DNA of 20,000 nt from an uncultured virus (IMG/VR IMGVR_UViG_3300027760_000001) (taxonomy: Duplodnaviria; Heunggongvirae; Uroviricota; Caudoviricetes): IMG/VR virus record IMGVR_UViG_3300027760_000001; one strand, given 5' to 3'. The notes beneath the pieces were generated by a model. The model did not search any database and had not been told where the DNA came from. It was given only the letters and a program-made list of their open reading frames with translations. The position numbers and the translations under genes were made by a program. How positions within the stretch are numbered: the stretch's first letter is position 1; every line of letters begins with the position of its first letter. Positions 8,342-15,911 of the stretch are shown here, piece by piece.

Positions 8342-8663
8342 ACCATCGTCTGTAAGGGCCGCAGCGCGTCGCGGGCTAGAACTACGCGAGAAGTATGGCA
8401 AAGGCGGCTTGACGACGCAGGAAGCGGGCAAACAGGGCATTGGAAGCGGAGTGGCGAGGGCCGCAAGTCTTGCCAATGGTGAAAAACTGAGCTACGAAAC
8501 CATCAAGCGCATGGCAGCTTTCTTTTCTCGTCATGAGAAAAATAAGACTGGTGGTGAGAATGACGCTGGCTACATCGCCTGGAAATTATGGGGAGGAGAT
8601 TCTGGCAGGGCTTGGGCGAATCGGATCATTAAGATGGTTGAAACTCGCAACCAAAACCAGTGA
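8310..8663 (+). CDS. Conserved phage head-associated domain, probably expressed as the -1 frameshift extension of 8047
   Basis: FSPPSSVRAAARRGLELR...GVARA..LANG..LSYETIKRMAAFFSRH...GYIAWKLWGGDSGRAWA; no start codon between 8304 and the domain; the 8247-8303 N-terminus in the ORF track looks like off-frame translation. Confidence 0.75.
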   Translation, partial: VLRGDAESFSPPSSVRAAARRGLELREKYGKGGLTTQEAGKQGIGSGVARAASLANGEKLSYETIKRMAAFFSRHEKNKTGGENDAGYIAWKLWGGDSGRAWANRIIKMVETRNQNQ

Positions 8664-8965
8664 GCGAATACGTGCAGGTGGTCGAAGAGGAAGAGGACGG
8701 CATTGGCATCATGAAGGCCCTGGCTGTTCTTTCTTCAAATGAGCACAGGGATACTTGTCATTGGCGGCTGATAGAAGAGCAGCATTTCAAAAATGGAAGG
8801 CTTGATGAAACTCATATTTTTGTAACAAACCACTACGAAAAGCCGCATGAAATTTTTGCTCCCATTAAGCTCCTAGTCTTTGAAGCAGAAGCGCTTGCCA
8901 ATGCTTACATCATGGAAAACATTGAGAACCAGTTGGCAGAGATTCGCGGAGAAAATGATGACTAA
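8660..8965 (+). CDS. Hypothetical acidic protein
   Basis: 101-aa ORF; GTG start overlaps the TGA of the upstream ORF (GTGA). Confidence 0.7.
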   Translation: MSEYVQVVEEEEDGIGIMKALAVLSSNEHRDTCHWRLIEEQHFKNGRLDETHIFVTNHYEKPHEIFAPIKLLVFEAEALANAYIMENIENQLAEIRGENDD

Positions 8966-9258
8966 TCTTCTACTGCGGATGCCACAAATGTTGGATAACC
9001 CAGCAAGTACAAGATAGAAAGCTGAAAAAGAGAACTAAGTACACGAATTTGTCCACAGTCAGGCGATATTTGCCCACGCTCCATTCTCGATATTGTTGTT
9101 TGATCGCAGTGGATGGTTTTTGCGATATCCGACTGCGACAATCCACAGTTTAAGCGAGCTTGCCTGAGTCTGTCGCCAATAATTTTCCTGCTTTCTTGAA
9201 TGGTGACAATGGGGGCGTTAAGCTTCTTGGTGATCCGTCGTTGTTGAGTGTGCTGCAT
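8962..9258 (-). CDS. XRE/Cro-C1 family helix-turn-helix regulator
   Basis: IGDRLRQARLNCGLSQSDIAKTIHCDQTTISRMERG HTH; ATG at 9258 avoids overlap with DUF2213. Confidence 0.88.
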   Translation of the reverse strand: MQHTQQRRITKKLNAPIVTIQESRKIIGDRLRQARLNCGLSQSDIAKTIHCDQTTISRMERGQISPDCGQIRVLSSLFQLSILYLLGYPTFVASAVED

Positions 9259-9319
9259 TTTTAGGCAGTATATCCTAAATACCATTATTCTACACAATAA
9301 TTTCAGATAAAGTAGAGGC
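9259..9319. promoter_or_regulatory. Divergent promoter region with two palindromes (candidate operators)
   Basis: TTTAGG-N8-CCTAAA (9260-9279), ATTATT-N6-AATAAT (9284-9301); -10-like TAGAAT on minus (9292-9287) and TAAAGT on plus (9308-9313). Confidence 0.5.
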
Positions 9320-10507
9320 ATGAGCGACACATGCTTTCGCTACGACGTAGCTCCCATTGACAAGTACGAAGTAACCCCAGAAGGTTACCTTCGCGCTTGG
9401 GCGACCATTGCCCGCACTGGCGTACAACAGTACACCGATGCTGATGGTTCCATTCGCCGGGAGTATCGTCCTGAAAGTGAAGTGGCGTCTCCTTCAAGCT
9501 TGGCCTCGTTTGCGGGCAAAGCAATCACCCTTGAGCATCCTCCAGTCCTTCTAGATAGCGCCAATACAAAGGACTATCAAGTTGGATTTAGTGGCACTGA
9601 AGTGGTTTATGACGACGGCTTTGTTCGTGCAGTCATGACTATCACTGATGAAGAAGCCATTAAGCGCATCATGCGTGGAGATGCAAAAGAAGTCAGCGCT
9701 GGTTATCGCGTTAACTATGAGGCAACTCCTGGTGTAACTGATAGCGGTGAGAATTACGATGGCATCCAAAAGGAAATCAGCGGAAATCACATTGCTGTTG
9801 TTCGTAGAGGCCGTGCTGGCCCGCAGGTCAAGCTTCATCTAGATCGTCTGGATGCCGCTGATCCTTCTCTAATTTCTCCTATTGAGGAACCATCTATGAC
9901 TGCAAAAGTCAATTTTGATGGCGCCGAGTTTGAGGTGACCGAGAGCGTAGCTCTGGCGATCACCAAAGAACGGGAAGACGCCAAGATGTCCTTTGAGGAC
10001 ATGAAGAAGAAATATGACGAGCTTAAGGCTGCGTCTGATTCTATGAAGTCCGAAATGGATGCCATGGAAAAGAAAATGAAAGGCCAATGCGATTCTGCTG
10101 AAGGTCGTGCCGATGCTCTTTCTGAAGAACTGAACAGCCTCAAGGCCGACCTTGAAGTTGCTCAGCAAGTGAATGTTGACAGCCTTGTTGAAGAGCGCGT
10201 TGCGTTGATCGACAAAGCTCGCACTTCTCTTGATTCTGCCTTTGATTTCTCTGGCAAAACTGCCCGTGAGATCATGGAAGCTTCTGTGAAGGCTGTTCGT
10301 GGTGATGTTGATCTTTCGGAGCGTTCCGACGATTACATCACTGCCATGTTCGACACTCTGGCTGATGTTTCCCGTAGCGATTCAACCACTGATGAGCTGC
10401 GTAAGGCTGTTGCCTCCATCAATTCCCCATCGTCTGCTCCTTCGTCCTACATGGACAAGTTGCAAAACGCTTGGAAATCCCCCCTCTCCGTTTCTAAGGA
10501 GCGCTGA
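9320..10507 (+). CDS. DUF2213 protein: prohead protease domain fused to coiled-coil scaffold
   Basis: TPEGYL, IARTGVQQY, ITLEHP, EVSAGY, NHIAVVRRGRAG motifs; acidic coiled-coil C-terminal half; located upstream of decoration and capsid genes. Confidence 0.9.
   Translation: MSDTCFRYDVAPIDKYEVTPEGYLRAWATIARTGVQQYTDADGSIRREYRPESEVASPSSLASFAGKAITLEHPPVLLDSANTKDYQVGFSGTEVVYDDGFVRAVMTITDEEAIKRIMRGDAKEVSAGYRVNYEATPGVTDSGENYDGIQKEISGNHIAVVRRGRAGPQVKLHLDRLDAADPSLISPIEEPSMTAKVNFDGAEFEVTESVALAITKEREDAKMSFEDMKKKYDELKAASDSMKSEMDAMEKKMKGQCDSAEGRADALSEELNSLKADLEVAQQVNVDSLVEERVALIDKARTSLDSAFDFSGKTAREIMEASVKAVRGDVDLSERSDDYITAMFDTLADVSRSDSTTDELRKAVASINSPSSAPSSYMDKLQNAWKSPLSVSKER
9896..10507 (+). CDS. Probable nested in-frame scaffolding protein (203 aa)
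   Basis: TGAGGA SD (9883-9888) 7 nt before an in-frame ATG at 9896, at the protease/coiled-coil boundary. Confidence 0.6.
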   Translation: MTAKVNFDGAEFEVTESVALAITKEREDAKMSFEDMKKKYDELKAASDSMKSEMDAMEKKMKGQCDSAEGRADALSEELNSLKADLEVAQQVNVDSLVEERVALIDKARTSLDSAFDFSGKTAREIMEASVKAVRGDVDLSERSDDYITAMFDTLADVSRSDSTTDELRKAVASINSPSSAPSSYMDKLQNAWKSPLSVSKER

Positions 10508-10510
10508 CCC

Positions 10511-11071
10511 ATGGCTGTAACTTTTACTACGTCGGGGACTGCTTCCGTTGGTGGTGTGCAACAGAGCTACGCTCTGACTCATACCGCTATTCAGGAAGGT
10601 CAACTTTCCGATATTCGCGACAATACGGTTAATACTTGCATCAATGAGACTGCCGTTGTGCAGCCCTTCGGCGATTTGCAAGTGTATAACCTGGCTGGCA
10701 CCGTTGCAAACTCTGCTACCACCATTTCTGGCGCCACTGGCACGGTCCTTGGCGTTAATATTCTCACCTATGTTGACGAAACTGCTCGCAATAGCGACGG
10801 TCGTCCTGGTGTGAAAGTTGCCCAAGCAATGAACGTTGCTAGCGAAGGCGCAGTTGCCGTCTATGTGACTGGCGCTGTCAACCCTGCCTCGACTGTCCGT
10901 GTGCTGTATTCGGCTAGTGGCACTGGCAAGGCTGGTCAATTCAGCCACGCTTTTGCTTCGGGCAAGACCGTTCGCCTTTCCAATGCTCGCTTCCTCACCA
11001 CTACTACTACTAGCGGTGTTGCGATTCTGGAACTGAACGGCCCGAGTTTCACTCTCTCTGCTGATTCTTGA
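10511..11071 (+). CDS. Head decoration/cement protein
   Basis: Between scaffold and capsid genes; T/S/G/A-rich beta-type sequence; AAGGAG SD at 10496-10501. Confidence 0.75.
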   Translation: MAVTFTTSGTASVGGVQQSYALTHTAIQEGQLSDIRDNTVNTCINETAVVQPFGDLQVYNLAGTVANSATTISGATGTVLGVNILTYVDETARNSDGRPGVKVAQAMNVASEGAVAVYVTGAVNPASTVRVLYSASGTGKAGQFSHAFASGKTVRLSNARFLTTTTTSGVAILELNGPSFTLSADS

Positions 11072-11085
11072 TAGGAGGCCCTCTA

Positions 11086-12000
11086 ATGTCTGATTTCCGC
11101 ATGGATGACGCTGGGCTTTTCCTGCAGCGTCAGCTTGAGTACATTCGTCCCCAAGTATTTGAGATCACTTACGCTGACATCAAATACCCCGCCATCCTGC
11201 CTGTTACCAGCGAAGCTGGCCCTGGCGCACAAACCTTCACCTACCGCATCCTGGACTCCACTGGTGAGTTCAAGCTGATTGCGGACGCTGCTGCTGATCT
11301 GCCCCGTGCCGACATCAGCCAAGTGGAGAAGAGCATCAACATTCGTTCTTTTGGCGGCAGCTTCGGCTACACCGTTCAAGAGCTTCGTGCTGCACAAATG
11401 GCCAATGTTGCTCTTGAGCAACGTCGTGCTGCTGCTGTTCGTCGCGCTTACGAAGAGAAAGTTGAAAGCGTTGCAATGTTCGGTGAATCCACCGTCAACC
11501 TTGCTGGCTTCTTCAACAACTCGACTGTTGACATCATTGCGGCTGATAAGTGGTTCACCACTGCTGCTGTGACTGCTCAGGAAATGATTGAACTGCTGAA
11601 CTATGGCGTTAGCGCCATCATCAATGGCTCAAACATGAAGGAGCAGCCCGACACGATCCTGCTGGCCTACGAGGATTACAACAAAGTCAGCACCACTCGC
11701 TTCTCCGATTCTTCGGACGTGACCGTGCTGGAATACTTCCTCCGCACCAACCCCTACATCCGTAACGTTGAGCCCATCAACCAACTGACCAAGGGTAAGA
11801 ACGGTGGCAAGCTGAACACCAGCCGGATGGTTGTTTACAAGCGCGATCCTGAGAAAGTGCAACTGCACATCCCTCAGCCGCTTGAGTTGTTCCCGCCCCA
11901 ACAGCGTGGTCTTGAGTTCATTGTCCCTGCTCACGCTCGCGTGGGTGGTGTGGCTCTGTACTATCCCAAGAGCATGATCTACGTTCAAGCTTCGTCTTGA
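11086..12000 (+). CDS. Major capsid protein (DUF2184-like, HK97 fold)
   Basis: AGGAGG SD (11073-11078) before ATG at 11086; FLQRQLEYI, DLPRAD, YTVQELRAA, GGVALYYP motifs. Confidence 0.92.
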   Translation: MSDFRMDDAGLFLQRQLEYIRPQVFEITYADIKYPAILPVTSEAGPGAQTFTYRILDSTGEFKLIADAAADLPRADISQVEKSINIRSFGGSFGYTVQELRAAQMANVALEQRRAAAVRRAYEEKVESVAMFGESTVNLAGFFNNSTVDIIAADKWFTTAAVTAQEMIELLNYGVSAIINGSNMKEQPDTILLAYEDYNKVSTTRFSDSSDVTVLEYFLRTNPYIRNVEPINQLTKGKNGGKLNTSRMVVYKRDPEKVQLHIPQPLELFPPQQRGLEFIVPAHARVGGVALYYPKSMIYVQASS

Positions 12001-12053
12001 CCTAGATAAAGGAATGGGCGCTAAGCTATGGCCAGTTCTTTTTTGAACATCAA

Positions 12054-12440
12054 ATGTTAATTGCTTATCGCCCTGACCTTGAAAATCCGCCTCGTGAAGG
12101 TGGCTTCGGCATCATCACCGAAGGAGGCATGATTCAACTTGCGCCAGGGTTGAATCAAGATGTTCCTGAAATCCATTGGAAGGAAGCCCGTGAAAACCGT
12201 ACGGTGAAGCGACTGATCTCCATTGGTGCCATCGAGGAACTGAGGGAGCAAATAACTGTAGAAACTATTCCGCAGGATGTTGAAACCCTTATCAACATGC
12301 CAGTCATTGAAGCACTCCGCACCATCGAAATTGCCCACGACGAAGAACAACTGTCGGACTGGAAGAAACGGGAAGGGCGAGTGCGTGTACGCAATGGCAT
12401 CAATAAGCGGCTTGAAACCATTCGTTTGGGCAAAGCGTGA
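12054..12440 (+). CDS. Hypothetical protein following major capsid gene
   Basis: 128-aa ORF; stop overlaps next start (TGATG). Confidence 0.75.
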   Translation: MLIAYRPDLENPPREGGFGIITEGGMIQLAPGLNQDVPEIHWKEARENRTVKRLISIGAIEELREQITVETIPQDVETLINMPVIEALRTIEIAHDEEQLSDWKKREGRVRVRNGINKRLETIRLGKA

Positions 12441-12754
12441 TGGCTGTCACTTACGAAAGTTTCCTTGATAGGTTCCCTGAATTTATTCCCCATCCAGCGG
12501 GAATTGTGAATGGTGCCTTGCAAGAAGCCACAAGCGATGCGTCTCCTGATGTGTTTGGCAGTCAAACAGATAGGGCAGTAAAGCATCTTGCTGCTCACAT
12601 CATTGCCATTCAACTTGCTCAAATGGGTGTCCAAATTGGCGCCACTGATGGCAAAGTGTATGGCAAGGGACTTGAAGCCACTCAATATGGCCAAGAGTTC
12701 AAACGAATGCTTGAAACCGTCGCTGGTTCTCTCTCCATTGGTTTTGTTGCATGA
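12440..12754 (+). CDS. DUF4054-like head-tail adaptor
   Basis: FLDRFPEF, HLAAH, TQYGQEF motifs. Confidence 0.8.
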   Translation: MAVTYESFLDRFPEFIPHPAGIVNGALQEATSDASPDVFGSQTDRAVKHLAAHIIAIQLAQMGVQIGATDGKVYGKGLEATQYGQEFKRMLETVAGSLSIGFVA

Positions 12755-13140
12755 TCAACGGCCTCTCGCCACTAGCTAATGCCACTCTTGTGTGGTCCGT
12801 AGCTTCTGGCTATGCCGTTGATTCATCAACTGGCAACTATGTGGCACTTTCATCTGGTGTCACTTATTACGCTAGTCTCCGACAAAAGCGTAATCCGCAG
12901 TACGATTATTTGCTTGGTGCAGATAATACGGCTGTCTATATGGAAGGACGATTGACTGGGCCATTGGCTCTATCAGGAATCACTCCAGGAAGCTCCGCTT
13001 CTGCCACTATCAATGGGAGGGAAGGACGGTTTGAGCTATTGCCCAATGAACAAATTGCTGAGCATTATTGGCAGTTCTTGGGCGCACCAATCAGAGGCAT
13101 CTTTAGACTGGTTGGTAAAGGAAGCGTACAGAACGTCTGA
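12751..13140 (+). CDS. Probable head closure/stopper protein
   Basis: Size and position after adaptor; ATGA coupling; function inferred from synteny only. Confidence 0.5.
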   Translation: MINGLSPLANATLVWSVASGYAVDSSTGNYVALSSGVTYYASLRQKRNPQYDYLLGADNTAVYMEGRLTGPLALSGITPGSSASATINGREGRFELLPNEQIAEHYWQFLGAPIRGIFRLVGKGSVQNV

Positions 13141-13180
13141 CGCTTAACCATCTTCTTTTTCCCATTGTTGAGGCATTCTC

Positions 13181-13759
13181 ATGCTCTACCATCCCACAGA
13201 ATTGGTTAAGAGCCAAGACGTAATTGTACGTGTTGGCGCTATTGACGGGGTTGCCCGTCCCATCATCACTCAAAGTGGCGCCACCTTCACCGTGAGCGGC
13301 GCCCCGACTCTCTATACGCTGCAAGCTGCCACGACGGCTTCTGTGGCCTTCAACGACGGCAACACTGAGTTCTACCTGCTCGGCGGCGGTGGCTACGCTG
13401 ATAGCGTGATTGTCACCTCTCAGGCCACTGCTTCCGTTACGTCCTACTTCCAGAAGGATGTTGACGGTACAGTGTTCATTCCGAACAGCTTTGACGAAGC
13501 CTTCCAAGTTATTGCCGCCACTCGGTATAACAAAGCTCAAGAAGTGTACGTTGAAATTAACAAGCAGCTTGGTGTTAGTGGCACCACGTTCTACTATGAC
13601 CGGGTGGCCTATACGGCTTGCGTCATGAACTACAGCGAAAGCTATCCTGCCGATAATCTCGTTGAAGTGACCTTCGACCTGATCAGCCGTGGTCGTATTG
13701 GCATCCACCAGAATGCCACCAATACTGGCTCGATCATCCCCGTTGCTCCTAACACTTGA
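13181..13759 (+). CDS. Major tail (tube) protein
   Basis: 192 aa, beta-rich, YSESYPADNLVEVTFDLISRG C-terminal motif; TGAGG SD upstream; strong terminator downstream. Confidence 0.8.
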   Translation: MLYHPTELVKSQDVIVRVGAIDGVARPIITQSGATFTVSGAPTLYTLQAATTASVAFNDGNTEFYLLGGGGYADSVIVTSQATASVTSYFQKDVDGTVFIPNSFDEAFQVIAATRYNKAQEVYVEINKQLGVSGTTFYYDRVAYTACVMNYSESYPADNLVEVTFDLISRGRIGIHQNATNTGSIIPVAPNT

Positions 13760-13784
13760 GCATCAGTTTAGGAAATTTCTTGCT

Positions 13785-13815
13785 AGCCTCCTCTTTACGG
13801 GGAGGCTTTTATTTT
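13785..13815 (+). terminator. Rho-independent terminator
   Basis: AGCCTCCTC-TTTAC-GGGGAGGCT stem-loop followed by TTTATTTT. Confidence 0.85.
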
Positions 13816-14224
13816 GGACATCACTCAACTGCGTGAAACTGTTTTTGAACTGCTTTCCGCTTCTCCAAATCTTATCGGCAATTATGTTTTGCCAACTGGT
13901 CAGAGCGTTCCCGCTGTTTATGTAGTGGGGCAAAATGGTGTACCAAGTGAATGGAAGGCCAATGGTCTAGAAGTGACCATGCGCCAATATCCAGAACTTT
14001 TGCCCAATGCAGGAGTGGGCATAGCTGCTGTGCTTCAGCAATGGGAAGTAATCATGGTGCAATATGACACGGGAGGTCAAGAGATGGCAGAAGCAATGGA
14101 CAGAATGGTACGAAGGTTCCCGGATTGTAGCTTGCGCTATACCCCCGGTGATGACGTGGCATACGAACGTTGTCGAGCGATTATTCCTGACATGACAGTT
14201 CGAAGCCTTTACCGTAATTACTGA
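13814..14224 (+). CDS. Probable tail terminator/completion protein
   Basis: 136 aa; TTG start with GGAGG 8 nt upstream; PAVYV motif and size fit tail terminators; function inferred. Confidence 0.55.
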   Translation: MDITQLRETVFELLSASPNLIGNYVLPTGQSVPAVYVVGQNGVPSEWKANGLEVTMRQYPELLPNAGVGIAAVLQQWEVIMVQYDTGGQEMAEAMDRMVRRFPDCSLRYTPGDDVAYERCRAIIPDMTVRSLYRNY

Positions 14225-14226
14225 CC

Positions 14227-14688
14227 ATGGTCATTGCAGCTAGATTAATCAATCAAAATATTATTGAACAGGCTCTTATCCAGGCGTTTAAGACTTGGGC
14301 GGATCAAGATATAAATCAAGCTCATTGGAGTGATCAATTCAATGAAAGCAAATGGAAGCACAGTCCTCTCACAAGAAGGGAAAACGGAGAAACAGTGGGG
14401 ACGCCGCGAGATATTTATGATTTAGGGGCTCTTTACCAAAGTGGAGTGGATAGCTTCAAGTTGACACAGTCATCAAATCTTGTGGAAGCATCTTGGCATT
14501 GGAACGCCAAAAATCGAAGCGGGCAAGAATATGCTTGGTATGTTCATGAAGGCGAAGGCACCAATGACCCATACGCAAGAAAGTTCACAGACGACATTTC
14601 CATTGCATCTTCCTTTTTTAGAAAAGGGCCTGGGATTGCATTAAGATCGCGCATATCAACAGGACTAGGGAAGATCAATGCAATTTAA
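14227..14688 (+). CDS. Tail completion protein, HK97 gp10-like
   Basis: DLGALYQS and YAWYVHEG motifs resemble the DTGxLxxS / YAxxVExG pattern of this family. Confidence 0.6.
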   Translation: MVIAARLINQNIIEQALIQAFKTWADQDINQAHWSDQFNESKWKHSPLTRRENGETVGTPRDIYDLGALYQSGVDSFKLTQSSNLVEASWHWNAKNRSGQEYAWYVHEGEGTNDPYARKFTDDISIASSFFRKGPGIALRSRISTGLGKINAI

Positions 14689-14917
14689 TTATTTGAAAAG
14701 CCGCGATGGGCTCGTGCATGCCATTAACTGCCGAAAAAATGGGTTATCGCTGGAAGTCGGCATATTATGTCTTATTTCTTTCCGGGAAGAAAGCACTAGA
14801 ATCTCAAGCGAACATCAATCCTTTGTGGTTGAAGTGCCAAAAGAGTTTCGCTCCGGCAGCGAAAAAGTCAAGGTCTTCAACGCAATTCTGAACATTCTCT
14901 CCAATGAGCAAGTATAG
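14678..14917 (+). CDS. Hypothetical protein
   Basis: 79-aa ORF overlapping both neighbours and filling the gap in the operon. Confidence 0.6.
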   Translation: MQFNYLKSRDGLVHAINCRKNGLSLEVGILCLISFREESTRISSEHQSFVVEVPKEFRSGSEKVKVFNAILNILSNEQV

Positions 14918-15446
14918 CTTTCTTCTTCAAGGGCAAGAGCCTGAATATTTTGAACTACTTCCTACTCTGCGGTTGCAAAAATATGGTGGATGGCTGGTTG
15001 CAGAAGCCATTGAACAAGAAGAGGCCGGAAAGGCTCAGAGTCAAGCAACGATTCGTGCCGTTCAACTGGCAAAGCGTATTGCTAGCTCAAAGAACATCAC
15101 TCTCGATGAAGCTTTTGAAGTGCTTCAAAGCGGCTCCGGCTTAACTGAAATTGAACTGCTGGATGAGTTCACGGAAGAAACACTGGCAATGATTAGCAGC
15201 GGCGGTGGAGTGGAAATCGGCAATGCTCGTATGGCGACTACTTTCATTCGTTGCCGTGGTGAAGCATTGATTGATGGAAGCTGGAAGCGAGTGGATGATT
15301 GGTCAATGGATGACACTAAAGCCATGGGACGGCAATTGATTACTAAAACCATGGAATTTGTTTCCGAAGAACAGCAAGCGGAGGTGGAAGAGTCCATGGC
15401 AAAAAAATCGAAGACGACGAAAGCCTCTGTTACGCCGAAAAGCTAG
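14904..15446 (+). CDS. Tail assembly chaperone (gpG equivalent)
   Basis: Acidic 180-aa protein upstream of tape measure gene with slippery site near its 3' end. Confidence 0.8.
   Translation: MSKYSFLLQGQEPEYFELLPTLRLQKYGGWLVAEAIEQEEAGKAQSQATIRAVQLAKRIASSKNITLDEAFEVLQSGSGLTEIELLDEFTEETLAMISSGGGVEIGNARMATTFIRCRGEALIDGSWKRVDDWSMDDTKAMGRQLITKTMEFVSEEQQAEVEESMAKKSKTTKASVTPKS
15401..15407 (+). promoter_or_regulatory. -1 frameshift slippery heptamer A AAA AAA
   Basis: GCA AAA AAA TCG in the chaperone frame; -1 frame open from here to TAG at 15872-15874. Confidence 0.8.
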
Positions 15447-15874
15447 AACAACAAGCACGTCGTAGACTTAAAAATCTGACCAATTGGAACGAAATTTACT
15501 TTCGGCTTTCTTCGTGCGACTATAAAGATCAGCGATGGAGCGCAAAAGAATTTGGCCTTCAAACTCTTTTTGATGTGAATGCAGCATTGACGTGGATAGA
15601 AAAAAGCGACATCAATAAATACAATATCAACAGTGTTTCTACTGCCAAGTTGGGCACTGTTGTCGTAGGGGCATTGGCTGGAAAGAAGGCAAGGACAAGC
15701 ATTGAAGACTTCTTGCCTTTTGACACTAAGCGTATCAAGAAAAATACAGGCATCACGGACGAAAGCGTTAGCATTTTGCAGCATCTAATGAAAACAGAGA
15801 AAATGGACGGGAGAGTTATTGGCATGCTTGTAGAAGAACTTAAAACTGCAGCTTTGCGTAACGATGGCGAATAG
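15407..15874 (+). CDS. Tail assembly chaperone frameshift extension (gpT equivalent; fusion about 323 aa)
   Basis: -1 frame reads IEDDESLCYAEKLEQQARRRLKNLTNWNEIYFRL... and continues into the ORF-track 15575..15874 ORF. Confidence 0.78.
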   Translation: MEDDESLCYAEKLEQQARRRLKNLTNWNEIYFRLSSCDYKDQRWSAKEFGLQTLFDVNAALTWIEKSDINKYNINSVSTAKLGTVVVGALAGKKARTSIEDFLPFDTKRIKKNTGITDESVSILQHLMKTEKMDGRVIGMLVEELKTAALRNDGE

Positions 15875-15911
15875 TTGCTAAACTGCAAGGTAATAGGCTT
15901 GATGAGAAGAT

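Noticed and set aside
12011..12044. Possible terminator after the major capsid gene (GAATGG...CCAGTTC + T run)
   Set aside because: The stem is interrupted and weak; not enough support
10382..13708. Long minus-strand ORFs (10382-10948, 12155-12694, 13103-13708 and others)
   Set aside because: Antisense shadows of codon-biased structural genes with no recognisable motifs
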